NCBI RefSeq assembly: GCF_022837055.1 | Contig: NC_062566.1 | Coordinates: forward strand, 66,926,464-66,990,463 | DNA length: 64,000 nucleotides | Direction of reading: 5' to 3' | Source of the DNA: Prionailurus viverrinus | Lineage: Eukaryota | Notes under the pieces: generated by a model | Told to the model about the DNA's origin: nothing | The model's database searches: none | Seen by the model: only the letters and a program-made list of their open reading frames with translations | In this document: positions 25,081 through 38,727 of the stretch, piece by piece | Numbering within the stretch: the first letter of the stretch is position 1 | Layout of the letters: every line of letters begins with the position of its first letter | Made by a program: the position numbers and the translations under genes

Positions 25081-26606
25081 GTACATTTTCTGATTGCTTC
25101 TATTTTCTCACTAACATAGCAGCCAACATAAGAGTGAGAATGGGGGGGGGGGGGTAAGATATGGGAGACTTGAGGTGTCAGCAGGCATAATAAAACAGTT
25201 ACCAGAAACAAGGCAAGCGAAAGGACTAGGGAACATAAAGGACCCGCTTGAGTGTCAGGGTTGAATTTAAAGTAAGACAGGTCAACCTGGCTGTTTTTTG
25301 CTGGCCCGTTTAGCTGCATGGGTCTAGAAATCAAGTAGGTGAAGAGTTGAGGCTGATGAAAGCCAGAGAGGTGAGGGAGGCGAGGTGTTTGCAGTGAAGT
25401 GCTCATGACCGGAGTTTAGCTGGAGGGAAATGAATACTTGTAGGGGATGAGGTCAGTGGAAAGGAAGAGCAACAGATTGTAGGGCCTGATGAAGAGATGA
25501 ATTGTTGGATTCAGTGCACTAAAGGGAATGAGCTACAAAAATAGGAGGGATGTCTCAGAATGAAATATGGAGGAGCTGTAGGCCTCCACTAGGACCAAGG
25601 GAATGAGTGGCTGAAGTGGGGGTGGAGGACACGATCACGGGAAGAGCACAGAGCTGAGGCCAGAGCATTAGAATGATCACCTACACGGGTACTAAAATCA
25701 TCAGGATTTGACAGGAGTGGTTGCGGCACGGGATAGTTAACGGATGACATGTGTTTCAAAGCTCAGATGTGTTAGGGATGAGAGGGAATAGATTGAACAT
25801 AGTATGAGGAGAAAAGAGGTCACCCACACCACCCTCTCCAGGGCCAATGGATGTGGGTGAGAAAATACCATCATTAGACACAGTAGGAGAAGCAGAGTTC
25901 TCAGGGGGAAACCAGGGTCCTGAACAGGAACGTAAAGAGAACACTCAGAAAACAGGATGAAGATATAGGTAATTTTACTACCAATCAGTTTAGTTCCAGA
26001 GAGCACAAAAGAATTTCAGGAGGAACAAATAAGGGGTGGAGAGTAACAGTTATTAGAGTGCAAAGCTGAGAGGAGACTTGCTGGTTTGGGTCTCCTCGTG
26101 GTGCTGGACAAACAAGATAAAGGGCAGGATGTTAGTTCCAGAGGGCTGTGGTAGGGAGGGAGGTGGATCTGGGGCAACCCTTCAAATCCACCAGGGGAAG
26201 TATATGTAGGAGCATGTGGGAGTAAGTGCAAGGAGGAGGGACAGCTTTGCTCTTGAGTTACAAATTCGTACAAAATTAGACCTGGCCCCAGGCTATTCTG
26301 AGACAAGTCCTGAGTACCTACTCCAAAGAATTTAAATGGGGTGACGAACACAAAGCACTCAGCATAGAGCCTGACACTGAAATAGTATTAGTTATGACAA
26401 TGCTGTTATTAAGGAGATGTCAGAAGAGGAGCTGAGATATCCCCTCAAACTCAGCTCCACAGCAGCAGCCCTGCACTCAGCCAAGGCACTGCTCTGACCC
26501 CTGCCTCCTTATCCATTCACCCCATCAACAAGAATTTATCCAGTGCCAACTCTGTATTGTTCCTGATTAACACAAGCCAATTACCAACATACAAAACCAA
26601 CAATAT

Positions 26607-26612
26607 TTTATT
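26607..26612 (-). other. OSGEP: Candidate OSGEP polyadenylation signal (AATAAA on minus strand)
   Basis: tttatt on plus strand about 130 nt downstream of the OSGEP stop codon. Confidence 0.35.
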
Positions 26613-26741
26613 GCTGAATCAACTTGAGGTTCAAATTATGGGAGACAGGAGTCCATAGCCTCACCAGGGTGCCCAGATCAGACAGAGATTAAGGTCCAAG
26701 TTCCTGTAGGCTCTACTTAGGGCACTATCTACTCTGATCAT

Positions 26742-26781
26742 GTTAAAGTTGTTAGTCCCTCCAGGTCACTTCTACTTCATC
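26742..26781 (-). CDS. OSGEP: OSGEP exon 11 (last; YRTDEVEVTWRD*, stop 26742-26744)
   Basis: Acceptor ttttttcacAG|GTATCGG; phase matches exon 10. Confidence 0.8.
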
Positions 26782-26833
26782 TGTCCGATACCTGTGAAAA
26801 AACAGGAAAAACTTGATGGATAGCTATCCCTTA

Positions 26834-27067
<234 letters not shown>

Positions 27068-27130
27068 CTAAAGGTGAAAAATCACAGTAATTAAAGAAAA
27101 AAAGAAATCAAGAAAGAGAAAGGGCCTTTA

Positions 27131-27235
<105 letters not shown>

Positions 27236-27422
27236 TTAGTTTCAGCCATTTCTGCATGGTCCAGCTGTACACCTCATGTGTATTTACTTACAAAAATGAA
27301 GTAGGGGTTTAGGGGGCAGGCATTGGGAAGCGGAAACTAGCAATTTCCCCAAACTCTTAGGGATTAAGACTATCAGGAGGAAGATGCAAATGCCCAAGAA
27401 CAGCAAAGAGGGGCACAGTTCA

Positions 27423-27545
<123 letters not shown>

Positions 27546-27637
27546 TCAACACCAGAGGGGATCCCAGCTTAGTTCTGCTGTACTATATAAAAGGTCTTCC
27601 AGTCCCAACGTTCAGTCCCAGCTTTTTATCCCATTAC

Positions 27638-27703
27638 CTGCAGAGAGAAGCATAAATCCTCAGGAGTACACTCGCCTGTAGCCAGCATCCGTTGGGCTAC
27701 ATC
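27638..27703 (-). CDS. OSGEP: OSGEP exon 7 (DVAQRMLATGECTPEDLCFSLQ)
   Basis: Acceptor atgatAG|GATGTA, donor CTGCAG|GTAATG. Confidence 0.8.
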
Positions 27704-28269
27704 CTATCATTAAAAAAATACATAAAACAATGAATTGTGGTTTGGGGATGACAGGAGAGCAAAAATTAGTGCACTTGGAGGATCATCATGTTTCACGACA
27801 ATTCATCTCGCCAGCGTATCTACAGCATGCTTTTGCCTTTCACTGGCATTAAGCTACAGAACAGGCAACACTGATTCAGGATTCAATAATTACAAATGCC
27901 TGCCCTGGCACCCCCAACCTCCCCCCCGACCCCTTACTCTGCTTAACTTTTCTCCATAAGGCTTATCATCATCTGGCTCTTTTTATTATCTGCCCCTTCT
28001 TTGTTTCTTCATCTTGTTGCCCCCCTCCCCCATTACAATGTAAGCTCCAAGTAGGCAGGGACTTTGATTTTGTTCCATCCTGTGTTGCTATTGCCTAGAA
28101 GAGTGCCTGGCACACAGAAGATACTTAATACATATCTGCTAAATGAATTTATTCAGCATCTAACATGGCCCAGAACTATGCTACAGGCACGAAATACAAT
28201 GGTGAGCAAAACAGATATGCCTCATATAAAAGCATGAAAGTGATCTCTCCTCACCTGTCCCACACTCAC

Positions 28270-28348
28270 CTCAATGAAAGACAGGATCCCCGAGAATGAG
28301 ACGTCCATCCCCTTTACAGTATATGGCAGCTCAACTAGTTTCTTGCCT
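28270..28348 (-). CDS. OSGEP: OSGEP exon 6 ([26 protein letters not shown])
   Basis: Acceptor cacacAG|AGGCAAG, donor ATTGAG|GTGAGT. Confidence 0.8.
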
Positions 28349-28495
28349 CTGTGTGGGAGGGAGTATACGATGTCCTCAACCTGTAGTTAGTTGGCTGCTT
28401 ACCCTCCAAAGCCCCTCCAAAGCCTTCTTAATGCACATACAGGGAAATCACTGAAGCCCCGCCAGGCAGCCTCCTCCCATCTCATGTCCCCTTAC

Positions 28496-28545
28496 CGCTT
28501 TGCCATCTGTTCGATGTTGTAGCCCGGACTTGGGTCATTGGAAAT
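28496..28545 (-). CDS. OSGEP: OSGEP exon 5 (ISNDPSPGYNIEQMAK-R)
   Basis: Acceptor ctgctAG|ATTTCC, donor AAGCG|GTAAGG. Confidence 0.8.
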
Positions 28546-28626
28546 CTAGCAGAAGGAAAAAGAGGATAGAGACAGATATTTAGGAGGCATAAGAAACTAA
28601 TTTATGACCTTCTCCCTCCATTTCTA

Positions 28627-28764
<138 letters not shown>

Positions 28765-30275
28765 CTAAGGGTGATGAGGATGTCCATGAAACCTCAAGTC
28801 TGTAAAGAGGAGTATTTGGCTTTGGGGAAGAGCATAAGAGAGGATCAACATGGCCACTGCAGCTTCCAATGACAAACAGAACAAAAGAACTTACCCAAAC
28901 CTTGAATAGGTACTTTCTCATAGCTCTTATCTCAGAAGCCTATATGTACCCTGAGGATTCCTAGAGCAGATTTCTCATCTACAGAAGGTAGCCTAGGTCA
29001 GGCAGAAGCAATTCTCATTTTGAATACATTTTTCTAGATTGGAGGTTCCTAATATATCCTTTAAATGCAGTCTTGACAATATGGATTAGGAACAGGCTTT
29101 CCTGCTTGGAAGCAGGGAACCAGAGTCCTTCTAGATTATCCCACCAGCACAGCGTTATTTGGAAACAAAACAAGAGGTAGAGTTGAAAAACTCAAAAATC
29201 CCATATTGGGTCACACTAATGACCCACCCAACTCAACACTGGCAATCAACTTATGTCCATTCTTCACATATGACTAGCTTCTAGCACAGAGAATATTTAT
29301 CACCCACTCACACATATACTCCTGACAATGAGTGCTTCATTAAGACTAAGAGAAGTCCTTTTCCCTTTTCGATGCTACTAAAGATTTCTTTCCATTCTGA
29401 TGTAGATCATACTCTGCTGTTAAAAGGCTGGCCACAAAAGGGGAAGGAAAAAAAATCCTGCCTTTCTACTTCTGTTATCTACTCCTCTCTACCAATCATC
29501 TTCCCTGTTTTTCCCACCTAACCAAGTTTCAAGAGGGAGGAGAAAAACGATCACTGCTCCTCTTCGTTAACTCTTGCAAGCCTCCATTGCTACTTTCCAC
29601 ACCCTGAGTCCCTAATTTTGTATGTCATCCTCAGGCCCCAACCTGCTACTTGCCCTCTACCTGTAAAAGTTCCCATGTCATTTTCATGGGAATGTGTACT
29701 TCATTTTAAACGACTATTTCACAAAATGAAGTTTTAAGCCGTTCATAAGCTGGGGACAATGACTTTTTCTGACAATAACCCCATCAGGTGCTCTGTGGGA
29801 AAGGAAGGCTAGAGTTCTCCAATCCCAACCTAAAAAGGTCTCGTAAGGTACCCCAAACAACTCTGGTTTAGCTTATAAACTTAAAATACCTTCTACCTTA
29901 TAAAATGTTTTAAAAATTACTTATATTTTCACTCTTAGAATAACAACTTCTATTTACTGCCAGTAACATAAAACAAAATAGGAAATTACTGTAAAGAAAC
30001 AAATTACATGGTATCCCTCGGTTTTAGTTGCTAAGGTACAGGGGAAAAAAAGCTTCAAAATAATAAAAGTAAAAACACTTTCATTATTTTGAAGACCTCA
30101 ATCCTTACCCTTCTTTCCTTTTCTAAACGGAAAGTTTTTATCTTTATAACCACGTATATGAAAGCCATCTAATGTTCTGATCATGCTGTCTAAACCTACA
30201 ATGTTGTAAACTTTCTTGTGGGTTTTCTAGCGTGTCTTAGACAGTCCAGCTTTGTTCTTGAGTTGCTGCCATTCA

Positions 30276-30848
<573 letters not shown>

Positions 30849-31311
30849 TCATATGGTTTTTCTATACCAAAGGTAGGTAGAAGTCATAAACGGGTGTTTT
30901 AGTTGTTGTGAAACAGAATGAAAGAAATCTCACTTAAAACAGAGTCAGGAGGCTGTAAGGGGAAGCCTTCACACCCCACCACTCCTTCTCAATTGCAGAC
31001 CCCAATGAGAAAAGAACATACCTTGCATTCCCAGCAGGAAGAAGCCTATCATTTACCACCCCATCAAGAGGAAGAGATTTTCCAGCCAATGAAAAGCCAC
31101 TACACTTGGATCTCTCAGTTTACTTCAATGGACTAATTTAAAATTAAGAGTCCCTCCCAACTACCCCCACTTCCCTATAAAAGATTAATCCTTTCATTTG
31201 GTCTCTAGATTTGCCTATGGTTTTGCCAAAGCTTCCCTGATCTGAATCACAATTCTCTACTATTCCTAAATGAGCCCATTTTACTGGTAAAACAACTGGT
31301 TGTTTTATTTT

Positions 31312-31534
31312 TTTTTTTTTAATTTTTTTTTCAACGTTTATTTATTTTTGGGACAGAGAGAGACAGAGCATGAACGGGGGAGGGGCAGAGAGAGAGGGAG
31401 ACACAGAATCGGAAACAGGCTCCAGGCTCTGAGCCATCAGCCCAGAGCCCGACGCAGGGCTCGAACTCCCGGACCGCGAGATCGTGACCTGGCTGAAGTC
31501 GGACGCTTAACCGACTGCGCCACCCAGGTGCCCC
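31312..31534 (-). mobile_element. Young CAN-SINE in OSGEP intron 1 (same orientation as the gene)
   Basis: ...gactgcgccacccaggtgcccc with CpGs intact. TSD ggttgttttatttt on both sides. Confidence 0.9.
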
Positions 31535-32588
31535 GGTTGTTTTATTTTTAAGGTTTACACAGTGTAGGAAGAGTCTCTTTCACTCTCCTCAAGTATCTTA
31601 TCTTCCAGGTTTTCAGATATACTCTTTCTGGCCTGTTCAGCTAGGCTGACCAGCTCTCAGAAATGCCTTTCTTCATACTCAACTCCTACTCAGCCTCAGG
31701 ACTTAATTCAAGGGATAACTAACTCAAACCATTTAGTGATCTTCTCTGTGACCCTACCAGCCCTGTGCACGATCATATCATTGTACTTTACACACTGTGT
31801 CGTATATCAATTATAGCATTATAATCACCTGTAGTTTTCCCCAATTTAACCATAAGCATCTCAAAGCATTGGCTATTTTATTTATCCTTGCATTCCTGGT
31901 GCCAAAATGCCTAGAAGAGTGAGTGCTAAACACAGATATGTATTTTCTAACGAAAGAGCTGTCACAACATCACCTGTTCAGGGAGGCTTTTCAGGTATAT
32001 ACAAGTCAGTGGTCCTCTCCTACATATGCAGAAGTTTTAGGGGTGGGCAGACAAAATACAACACAGTAACAAATAACATACAAATCACATTCATTAAAAG
32101 TAATACGTCTAACAATTTCTTTCTCAAGACTCAATAATGCAGGTATGACTATTCCCATTTTAAGAGTAAGGAACATAAATCCAAAAACAAATACTGAAAA
32201 TGAATATTGCTGTTCCTAACACCCAAGCTGCAACTCTACACTCCTTCTCATTCTAGGAAGTTCTGACTGCATCTGCGTTACACTGTTCATCTTATCATAA
32301 ACTTTTGTTTATATGTCCGACTCCACAGAAGCTCAAAACATCTATTTTTTGCTTCCGGCTGACGATAAGCACATCAAAAACGCTCAACAAAAGCTAAACG
32401 AAACCAGAAGATCCAGGTCCAAGTGTCTGTCACTCTTCTATCAGCCTAGTGAGGTTAATCCTGCCCCGCGAATCTCAGAGACTCGGATCAACAGCTCGGT
32501 GAGGGGACAACGCGCTCCACGCCCTACTTTGCTAGCGTTTGGGCGGATGGAAGGCGCTGCCGCGCGAGAAGGGCGCTGTGAACTGTCA

Positions 32589-32750
<162 letters not shown>

Positions 32751-33599
32751 CTAGCTACCACCGCAACCGTGTAGCCCTCAGCAGGCCGTGCTGGGCCGCG
32801 GATACCGCAGCGCACGGGAAGACTACGTACCCAGGGGCAGGGTACCAGCGTGCACCAAGAGATGCCAAAGGACTCCCGTGGAGGGCGCCCCCGCGACAGC
32901 CCCGCCCCCGTCATCACAGCGGCCCATCAAGGCCCCTTCAAGGACCTGTCCTCCTAACTGCCAGGGACGCTGAGCCGGCATCTGCTCCTTACATTCCTAT
33001 CCATCTCTTTACTTCTCTCCCGTTGTCCAGCCAGCCTTCTCCACTGACTTTTTTCCCTCTCTTGCACAGCATTGGGATCTTCGGTCAGGGTGATAGAATG
33101 AATCCTGCATCTGGCACGCCGATAAACAGCCCAAGAATGGAAGGCCGGGGCCTTCAGTCCCCTGGAGAGTTGCAGAAGAGGGTGGGGGGGTGGGGAGAGT
33201 AGGGCGAGCCTTCCCGTCACGTGGTTCCAGACAGACCAATCACGCGCATGCCCCCGCCTCAGGCTGCACATCTCAGATCACCTGACCACTCCAGATACCC
33301 ACGTGGGGGCACGGCGTGCACGAATTCTTTGTGCTCGGGTAAGGAGGAGCCAGGCTGGGAGCCGAGCAGGTCAGATGCAGGGTTGCTCTTATTTTGCCCA
33401 GCAGTGGGGTTTCTTGATCGTCTGATCTGCAAGCTAAGTCGGGACCCTTAATTAAGGCCCTCGATCGGCTGGAGGGCAGATCTCGCGAGCACGGCACAAA
33501 GCATAATGAAATGATCTAGTTTGGTGGGTGAGGGGCTGAAGGGCCTAGGTTGCATGGAGGCGGGGAAAGGATTCAGAGATAGTTTGATTTGAAAGGCGG

Positions 33600-33673
33600 T
33601 ACCTAGTGCGGGGGCGCCCGAGGAAGTCGTTTTTTCCCCAGCTTTAGCTGGTTTCACGACATCTCGTCTGCAG
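33600..33673 (+). other. APEX1: Putative APEX1 non-coding exon 1 (5'UTR); 5' boundary not determined
   Basis: Donor gtctgcAG|GTAACG at 33674-33675. The short intron ends ctacAG at 33728-33729, just before the ATG-containing exon. Confidence 0.3.
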
Positions 33674-33731
33674 GTAACGCGGTAAAAATACTGCTTCGGT
33701 GGGCGACGTGGTACAGGTTCAGAAGGGCGTT

Positions 33732-33789
33732 CGCTACAGTGATGCCGAAGCGTGGGAAAAAGGGAGCTGTGGCAGAAGACGGGGAAGAG
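33732..33789 (+). CDS. APEX1: APEX1 coding exon (MPKRGKKGAVAEDGEEPKI-)
   Basis: ATG 33732-33734; donor ATTG|GTAAGA. N-terminal basic NLS-like region of APE1. Confidence 0.85.
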
Positions 33790-33998
33790 CCCAAGATTGG
33801 TAAGAGAATGAAATGAGGCCCTCTCCCTAGGGGCTGCCGTGAGGGGGTTTCTAACCCCGGTGAACAGGAAGTGCGGACCTGCTGACTGCGTTTTTGCAGG
33901 CTGAAGAAGTCGCAGCAACTGCAAGCTCACAATGGGGGGTCCAATCCGGATCAGAGTTGGACTGCCAACTTTATCATTGTATATTGCTTATTTTATAG

Positions 33999-34186
33999 AG
34001 CCAGAAGCCAAGAAGAGTAAGGTTGGAGCAAAGAAAAACGAAAAAGAGGCAGCAGGAGAGGGGCCGGTCCTGTATGAGGACCCCCCAGATCAGAAAACCT
34101 CGCCCAGTGGTAAATCGGCCACACTCAAGATCTGCTCCTGGAATGTGGATGGGCTTCGAGCCTGGATTAAAAAGAAAGGTTTAGAT
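33999..34186 (+). CDS. APEX1: APEX1 coding exon (EPEAKKSK...[21 protein letters not shown])
   Basis: Acceptor ttttatAG|AGCCAG, donor GAT|GTGAGT; ORF 33932..34252(+). Confidence 0.85.
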
Positions 34187-34818
34187 GTGAGTGGAATTCA
34201 AGGAGGGTTCCAGAAGAGACATTCTTCAGTATTGAATGATTTGGGGATTTAATCACCTTTCCCTAATCTGTAGGTTTTTTCCCCTTGTCTAGTTTTTTTG
34301 TGCAAGAGTTAAAAGGAGGGGCTTCACCAACTCTTAACCTTTTTATTTCCAAATGTCTTTTTCAACTTATTTCCATTGTTTTAATGGCTTCATCCCTTCC
34401 CCTGCATGTTGCAAAAACCTTGTTACTGGACTTGGCTCCATTTCATTTCCAGTTTATCCTCCATTTAAATACTACTGCTTAGGGGTGCTTGGCTGGCTCA
34501 GTCCACCAGTTGGTGAACTTAAGCTGCTCCATGTGTGGCAGAGCGTAGAGTTTACTTAAAATTAAATATTCACTGCTTAAAAATCTTAGATGCCTATCCT
34601 CTGCCTGTGGAAGAAATATAATCTCTTCAGTGTTGAATGTAACACTCTTTTTACCTCTCAGTTGCCAGTTCTGTAATTTAGAAGTGTTAAAATCTCGTGC
34701 GACTCTCTAAGCAGTGTATCTCTAGTACTTGGCACAGTCTTTAGTAAATGTTTGATTGATAATCAAACGTTGCTGTCTGAATTGATAATATTTTTCTTAC
34801 CTTTCATCTCGCTCACAG

Positions 34819-35011
34819 TGGGTAAAGGAAGAAGCCCCAGATATCCTCTGCCTCCAAGAGACCAAATGTTCAGAGAACAAACTACCAGCTGAACTTCAAG
34901 AGTTGCCTGGACTATCCCATCAATACTGGTCAGCTCCTTCAGACAAGGAAGGGTACAGTGGTGTGGGCCTGCTCTCCCGCCAGTGCCCACTCAAAGTCTC
35001 CTATGGCATTG
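34819..35011 (+). CDS. APEX1: APEX1 coding exon ([65 protein letters not shown])
   Basis: Acceptor ctcacAG|TGGGTA, donor ATTG|GTGAGA; 193 nt. Confidence 0.85.
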
Positions 35012-35152
35012 GTGAGACCCTGTTAATTCCTAATCCCTGAGGTCTTTCAAACCAATTGCTAATTCCCGTTCCAGCTCCTAATGGGAGTTACTTTCTTTGC
35101 TTTCCCAATCTGTACACTTTTTTATGCTGATCTTGTTTCATTGTTTCTGTAG

Positions 35153-35670
35153 GTGAGGAGGAACACGATCAGGAAGGCCGGGTGATTGTGGCTGAATTTG
35201 ACTCATTTGTGCTGGTAACAGCCTATGTACCTAACGCAGGCCGAGGTCTGGTCCGCTTGGAGTACCGGCAGCGCTGGGATGAGGCCTTCCGCAAGTTCCT
35301 AAAGGGCTTGGCTTCCCGCAAGCCCCTTGTGCTCTGTGGGGACCTCAATGTGGCCCATGAAGAAATTGACCTTCGCAACCCCAAGGGAAACAAAAAGAAT
35401 GCTGGCTTCACTCCACAAGAGCGTCAAGGCTTTGGGGAATTACTAGAGGCTGTGCCTCTGGCTGACAGCTTCCGGCACCTCTACCCCAACACGGCCTATG
35501 CATATACCTTTTGGACCTACATGATGAATGCTCGATCCAAAAATGTTGGTTGGCGCCTTGATTACTTTTTGTTGTCACACTCTCTGTTACCCGCGTTGTG
35601 TGACAGCAAGATCCGTTCCAAGGCCCTGGGCAGTGATCACTGTCCCATCACCCTGTACCTAGCACTGTGA
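35153..35670 (+). CDS. APEX1: APEX1 last coding exon ([16 protein letters not shown]...[12 protein letters not shown], stop 35668-35670)
   Basis: ORF 35182..35670(+); acceptor tttctgtAG|GTGAGG. Total CDS 957 nt = 318 aa; ExoIII-family endonuclease motifs ([23 protein letters not shown]). Confidence 0.9.
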
Positions 35671-35925
35671 CACCTCGCTTAAATTACTTTAAGCTGGGGA
35701 AATAAGCCCCCCAAGCTAGCTTTAAAACTTAACCTCCCCAAACTTCTTTAAAAACTGCTCTCTAAAGAAATCTGCACTGTTACTTCCCTTCTAAAAATAC
35801 GAGTCCTTCAACCAGGCTTCTAGTGACACTTAGGTTTCCTTTAAACCCCAATTTTTTTGTGCTTTTTTTTTTTTTTTACATTAAACAAAAGCTACTGATG
35901 ACTTTCTCTGAACTGTCCACATGAA

Positions 35926-35931
35926 AATAAA
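35926..35931 (+). other. APEX1: APEX1 polyadenylation signal AATAAA
   Basis: gaaaataaagagcc about 260 nt after the stop codon. Confidence 0.5.
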
Positions 35932-36732
35932 GAGCCATAGTTTCAGCCTTGCTGTCTTTGTATTCTACCCCTTTGTGGGGCTACAAATTCTCCTTATCTT
36001 TTCATATATAAAGATAAACAACTTGGAAAAGGATAGTCATGACCTTATTTATTTACAAGCACAGGATGAATCCCTAGCTTCCCCCAAGACAGAGCAACCT
36101 TATCCAGCTCAGTTAAATACTGCAACTGGGGGGTAAGGTTGGAAGGAGGAGTTAAGGGAAATTCAGGACTAGGGGAACATACCCCACATTAAATAGTTAT
36201 ATACACATCAGTTCCTGTGGTCTGTACAGAGCAGCGGCTGACCCCATCCCCACCCCCCGGGACACAGAATGGGGGGACAGGAGACTGAGGGGACTGAGGC
36301 CAGTGCCAGCCCCTGGTGAAGTGCAATAGCAGCAGCAAGGTCCTAATGGTGCACAAAAGGGAGGGAACCCCCAGGGCTACCCACCCCCACCCTGCCCTGG
36401 AATGTTTAGGGACAGGAATGGCTCTCAGGGAGTATACAGGAAGGACAAGGCTAGAACCCTCTTTTAGGACCCAGGTTTAGGGGCAACATTTTGCCTATTT
36501 CACCCTAAACACAGCAGCCCTTGGAGGAAAGCAGATGGCCAGCAGTGGTCTTATCTACCCCTCCAAACCTAAGTGAGGGTCTGGTTCCTTCCTACCTCTC
36601 CCCAGGGAAAAGGAAGGCAGCTGCTTGGCTCCCCTTACAGAAGCCAAGGGAGCCTTTTACCACGGTTCCCTTTGTAGTGTCACTGTCCCCACCAGGAAGG
36701 GGCCAGGCACAGTCTGTGGGTCGTTGTGGAGC

Positions 36733-36876
36733 TCAGGAGAAGTTCTGGACAGGGTGGCTGACCTTCATACAAGCCCAGTAGAGGGCCCGGCCCAAACACA
36801 GCACAGCCAACAGGATGACAAATGCCCAGGCCGCGTAGATGCCTCCATATCGCCGAGCATGCTTCCATGTCCCAAA
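36733..36876 (-). CDS. PIP4P1: PIP4P1/TMEM55B exon 7 (last; [47 protein letters not shown], stop 36733-36735)
   Basis: Acceptor tcatcAG|TTTGGG; C-terminal TM helix; 48 codons. Confidence 0.8.
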   Translation of the reverse strand, partial: FGTWKHARRYGGIYAAWAFVILLAVLCLGRALYWACMKVSHPVQNFS

Positions 36877-37367
36877 CTGATGAGGAAGAAGGAAGATGGG
36901 GTTACTGTTGATCTCTCACCACTTCCTAAAAGCCCTAGTAACAGCAACACAGAATGGAAGCTTCAGTGCCTGGTTGCCTAACCACGTGTATCCACCTTCA
37001 GAGACCTTCTTAAAGGCCCAATTGTGCTCTCTTCCCCTAGGGAGGTACATAACTTGTACAATCCCAGACATCTGTCAGTGTTTCTTAGTGTTGGACAAGG
37101 GAGCCAATTCTAACAGCAACTCTTAATTTAAGCCACTTCTTCATTGCCCTGTCTTTTGCATAAAGAAGATGGCTGTTTTTCACTCCCATAATAACAATGG
37201 AGATTGTTTATCAGTTACCTTCAACTTCAGCTCATGTGTACATTAAAACAAGGCAAAACAAACAAAAACCCCTCGGTTTCTTTCACTTTTTTTAGGTTAG
37301 CCATTTCCCAAATTGTAGGCTATGGAGATGAGGCTGAAGAACGAAGGGCCGGATCAAGGTTACTCAC

Positions 37368-37458
37368 AGCAAGGCCAGTGGCAGTGACTGCCAAGAGTAA
37401 GCCAAGCAAGAAACAGCAGATACATCTCTTTCGTGGATATCTGCGCCCAATAGATGAC
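37368..37458 (-). CDS. PIP4P1: PIP4P1 exon 6 (SSIGRRYPRKRCICCFLLGLLLAVTATGLA)
   Basis: Acceptor ccccacAG|GTCATC, donor GCT|GTGAGT. Confidence 0.8.
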
Positions 37459-37560
37459 CTGTGGGGAGGCAAACAAATTGATGCTTGCAATGGCCCTGCA
37501 GGTTTTACAGTACATGTTACAAAATTACCAGTTCAACAATGCCACTCTCCAGTCACTTAC

Positions 37561-37613
37561 ACTTTCCTGCAGTGAGGGCAACGGGCCAAGGTTCGGTCTG
37601 TGAACTCTGTCCA
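37561..37613 (-). CDS. PIP4P1: PIP4P1 exon 5 (WTEFTDRTLARCPHCRK-V)
   Basis: Acceptor ttctccatAG|TGGACA, donor AAAGT|GTAAGT. Confidence 0.8.
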
Positions 37614-37815
37614 CTATGGAGAACAAAAAAGGGAGAACCCAATTAATAGAAGCAGGGTCATGTCCAGTGAAGGCTCTGGGCAGGGGAGGGTGGGAAAAGG
37701 AACAGAAGGGAAATTAAAACAGACCTCAGTATTCATTATCATAACTCAGAAATATATTCATGATTACTTCTGTTTCTCCCGCTTCCTCCCAAGGCTTCCC
37801 AATGCTCCTCCTCAC

Positions 37816-37921
37816 CAGGAAAGTATTCTTGCAATGTCCACAGATGACCCTGACACCTACAGGCTGTGGTTCTGGACTCAGAGGTCCTGGATGCACAGGC
37901 CCCAGGTTGATGATTCTTTTG
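37816..37921 (-). CDS. PIP4P1: PIP4P1 exon 4 ([35 protein letters not shown])
   Basis: Acceptor ccattacAG|CAAAAG at 37922-37923, donor TTCCTG|GTGAGG. Confidence 0.8.
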
Positions 37922-37948
37922 CTGTAATGGAGAAAAAGACTACATTTA

Positions 37949-38195
37949 GGGGCGCCTGGGTGGCGCAGTCGGTTGGGCGTCCGACTTCAGCCAGGTCACG
38001 ATCTCGCGGTCCGGGAGTTCGAGCCCCGCGTCAGGCTCTGGGCTGATGGCTCGGAGCCTGGAGCCTGTTTCCGATTCTGTGTCTCCCTCTCTCTCTGCCC
38101 CTCCCCCGTTCATGCTCTGTCTCTCTCTGTCCCCAAAATAAATAAACGTTGAAAAAAAAAATTAAAAAAAAGTTTAAAAAAAAAAAAAAAAAGAA
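37949..38195 (+). mobile_element. Young CAN-SINE (antisense to PIP4P1) in PIP4P1 intron 3, 26 bp from the exon 4 acceptor; perfect 17-bp TSD
   Basis: Head GGGGCGCCTGGGTGGCGCAGTCGGTTGGGCGTCCGACTTCAG, about 97% identical to the SINE at 13351-13554. TSD gaaaaagactacattta at 37932-37948 and 38193-38209. Confidence 0.9.
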
Positions 38196-38620
38196 AAAGA
38201 CTACATTTAAATCATTTTTAATCCTAAAATGCCCACACTAGCCTTCCTTCATAGCTCCCAATCCCTGCCTTTCTAAATTCCTCTACTTCTCTGTACACGG
38301 CATATACTCTGCCCCACCCAACCCTAGCCCGAGGGAAGGTTGAGAAACAGCACTACTTAAACTTCAGGTCTCTAACTTCCATTATACCTGAGGATAATTC
38401 ACCCAGTCCCCTAGACTCTCTATTTCCCTAACGGACATAAATTTCATCCCAGTCTTTTTACTGAGATTTGAACAAGATGGCTGTAAAATTCTAACGGTAC
38501 AACAGTCCTTAACTTTTTCTCCTTCTAAATAAACACCTTTACATGCTCTGCAAACATTCATCCTTTTTAGGGCTTTCCAATTATTCCCACTGATGCCCTT
38601 CCCCACCTTATGCCTCTTAC

Positions 38621-38727
38621 CAGTAGGGCCGAGGGCAGGCAATCCTCTGGGAAGTCACTTTGCAGATAAGGAGACAGTTACAGGGGCACCGAACGTATTT
38701 TTTCCCTGGAGGTGCATTCTTGATTGG
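38621..38727 (-). CDS. PIP4P1: PIP4P1 exon 3 ([36 protein letters not shown])
   Basis: Acceptor ctctAG|CCAATC, donor TACTG|GTAAGA. Confidence 0.8.

Noticed and set aside
31300-31340. Runs of T/A and short periodic repeats at SINE ends that could superficially resemble repeat-spacer arrays
   Set aside because: They are SINE poly(A) tails and target-site duplications, not CRISPR arrays.
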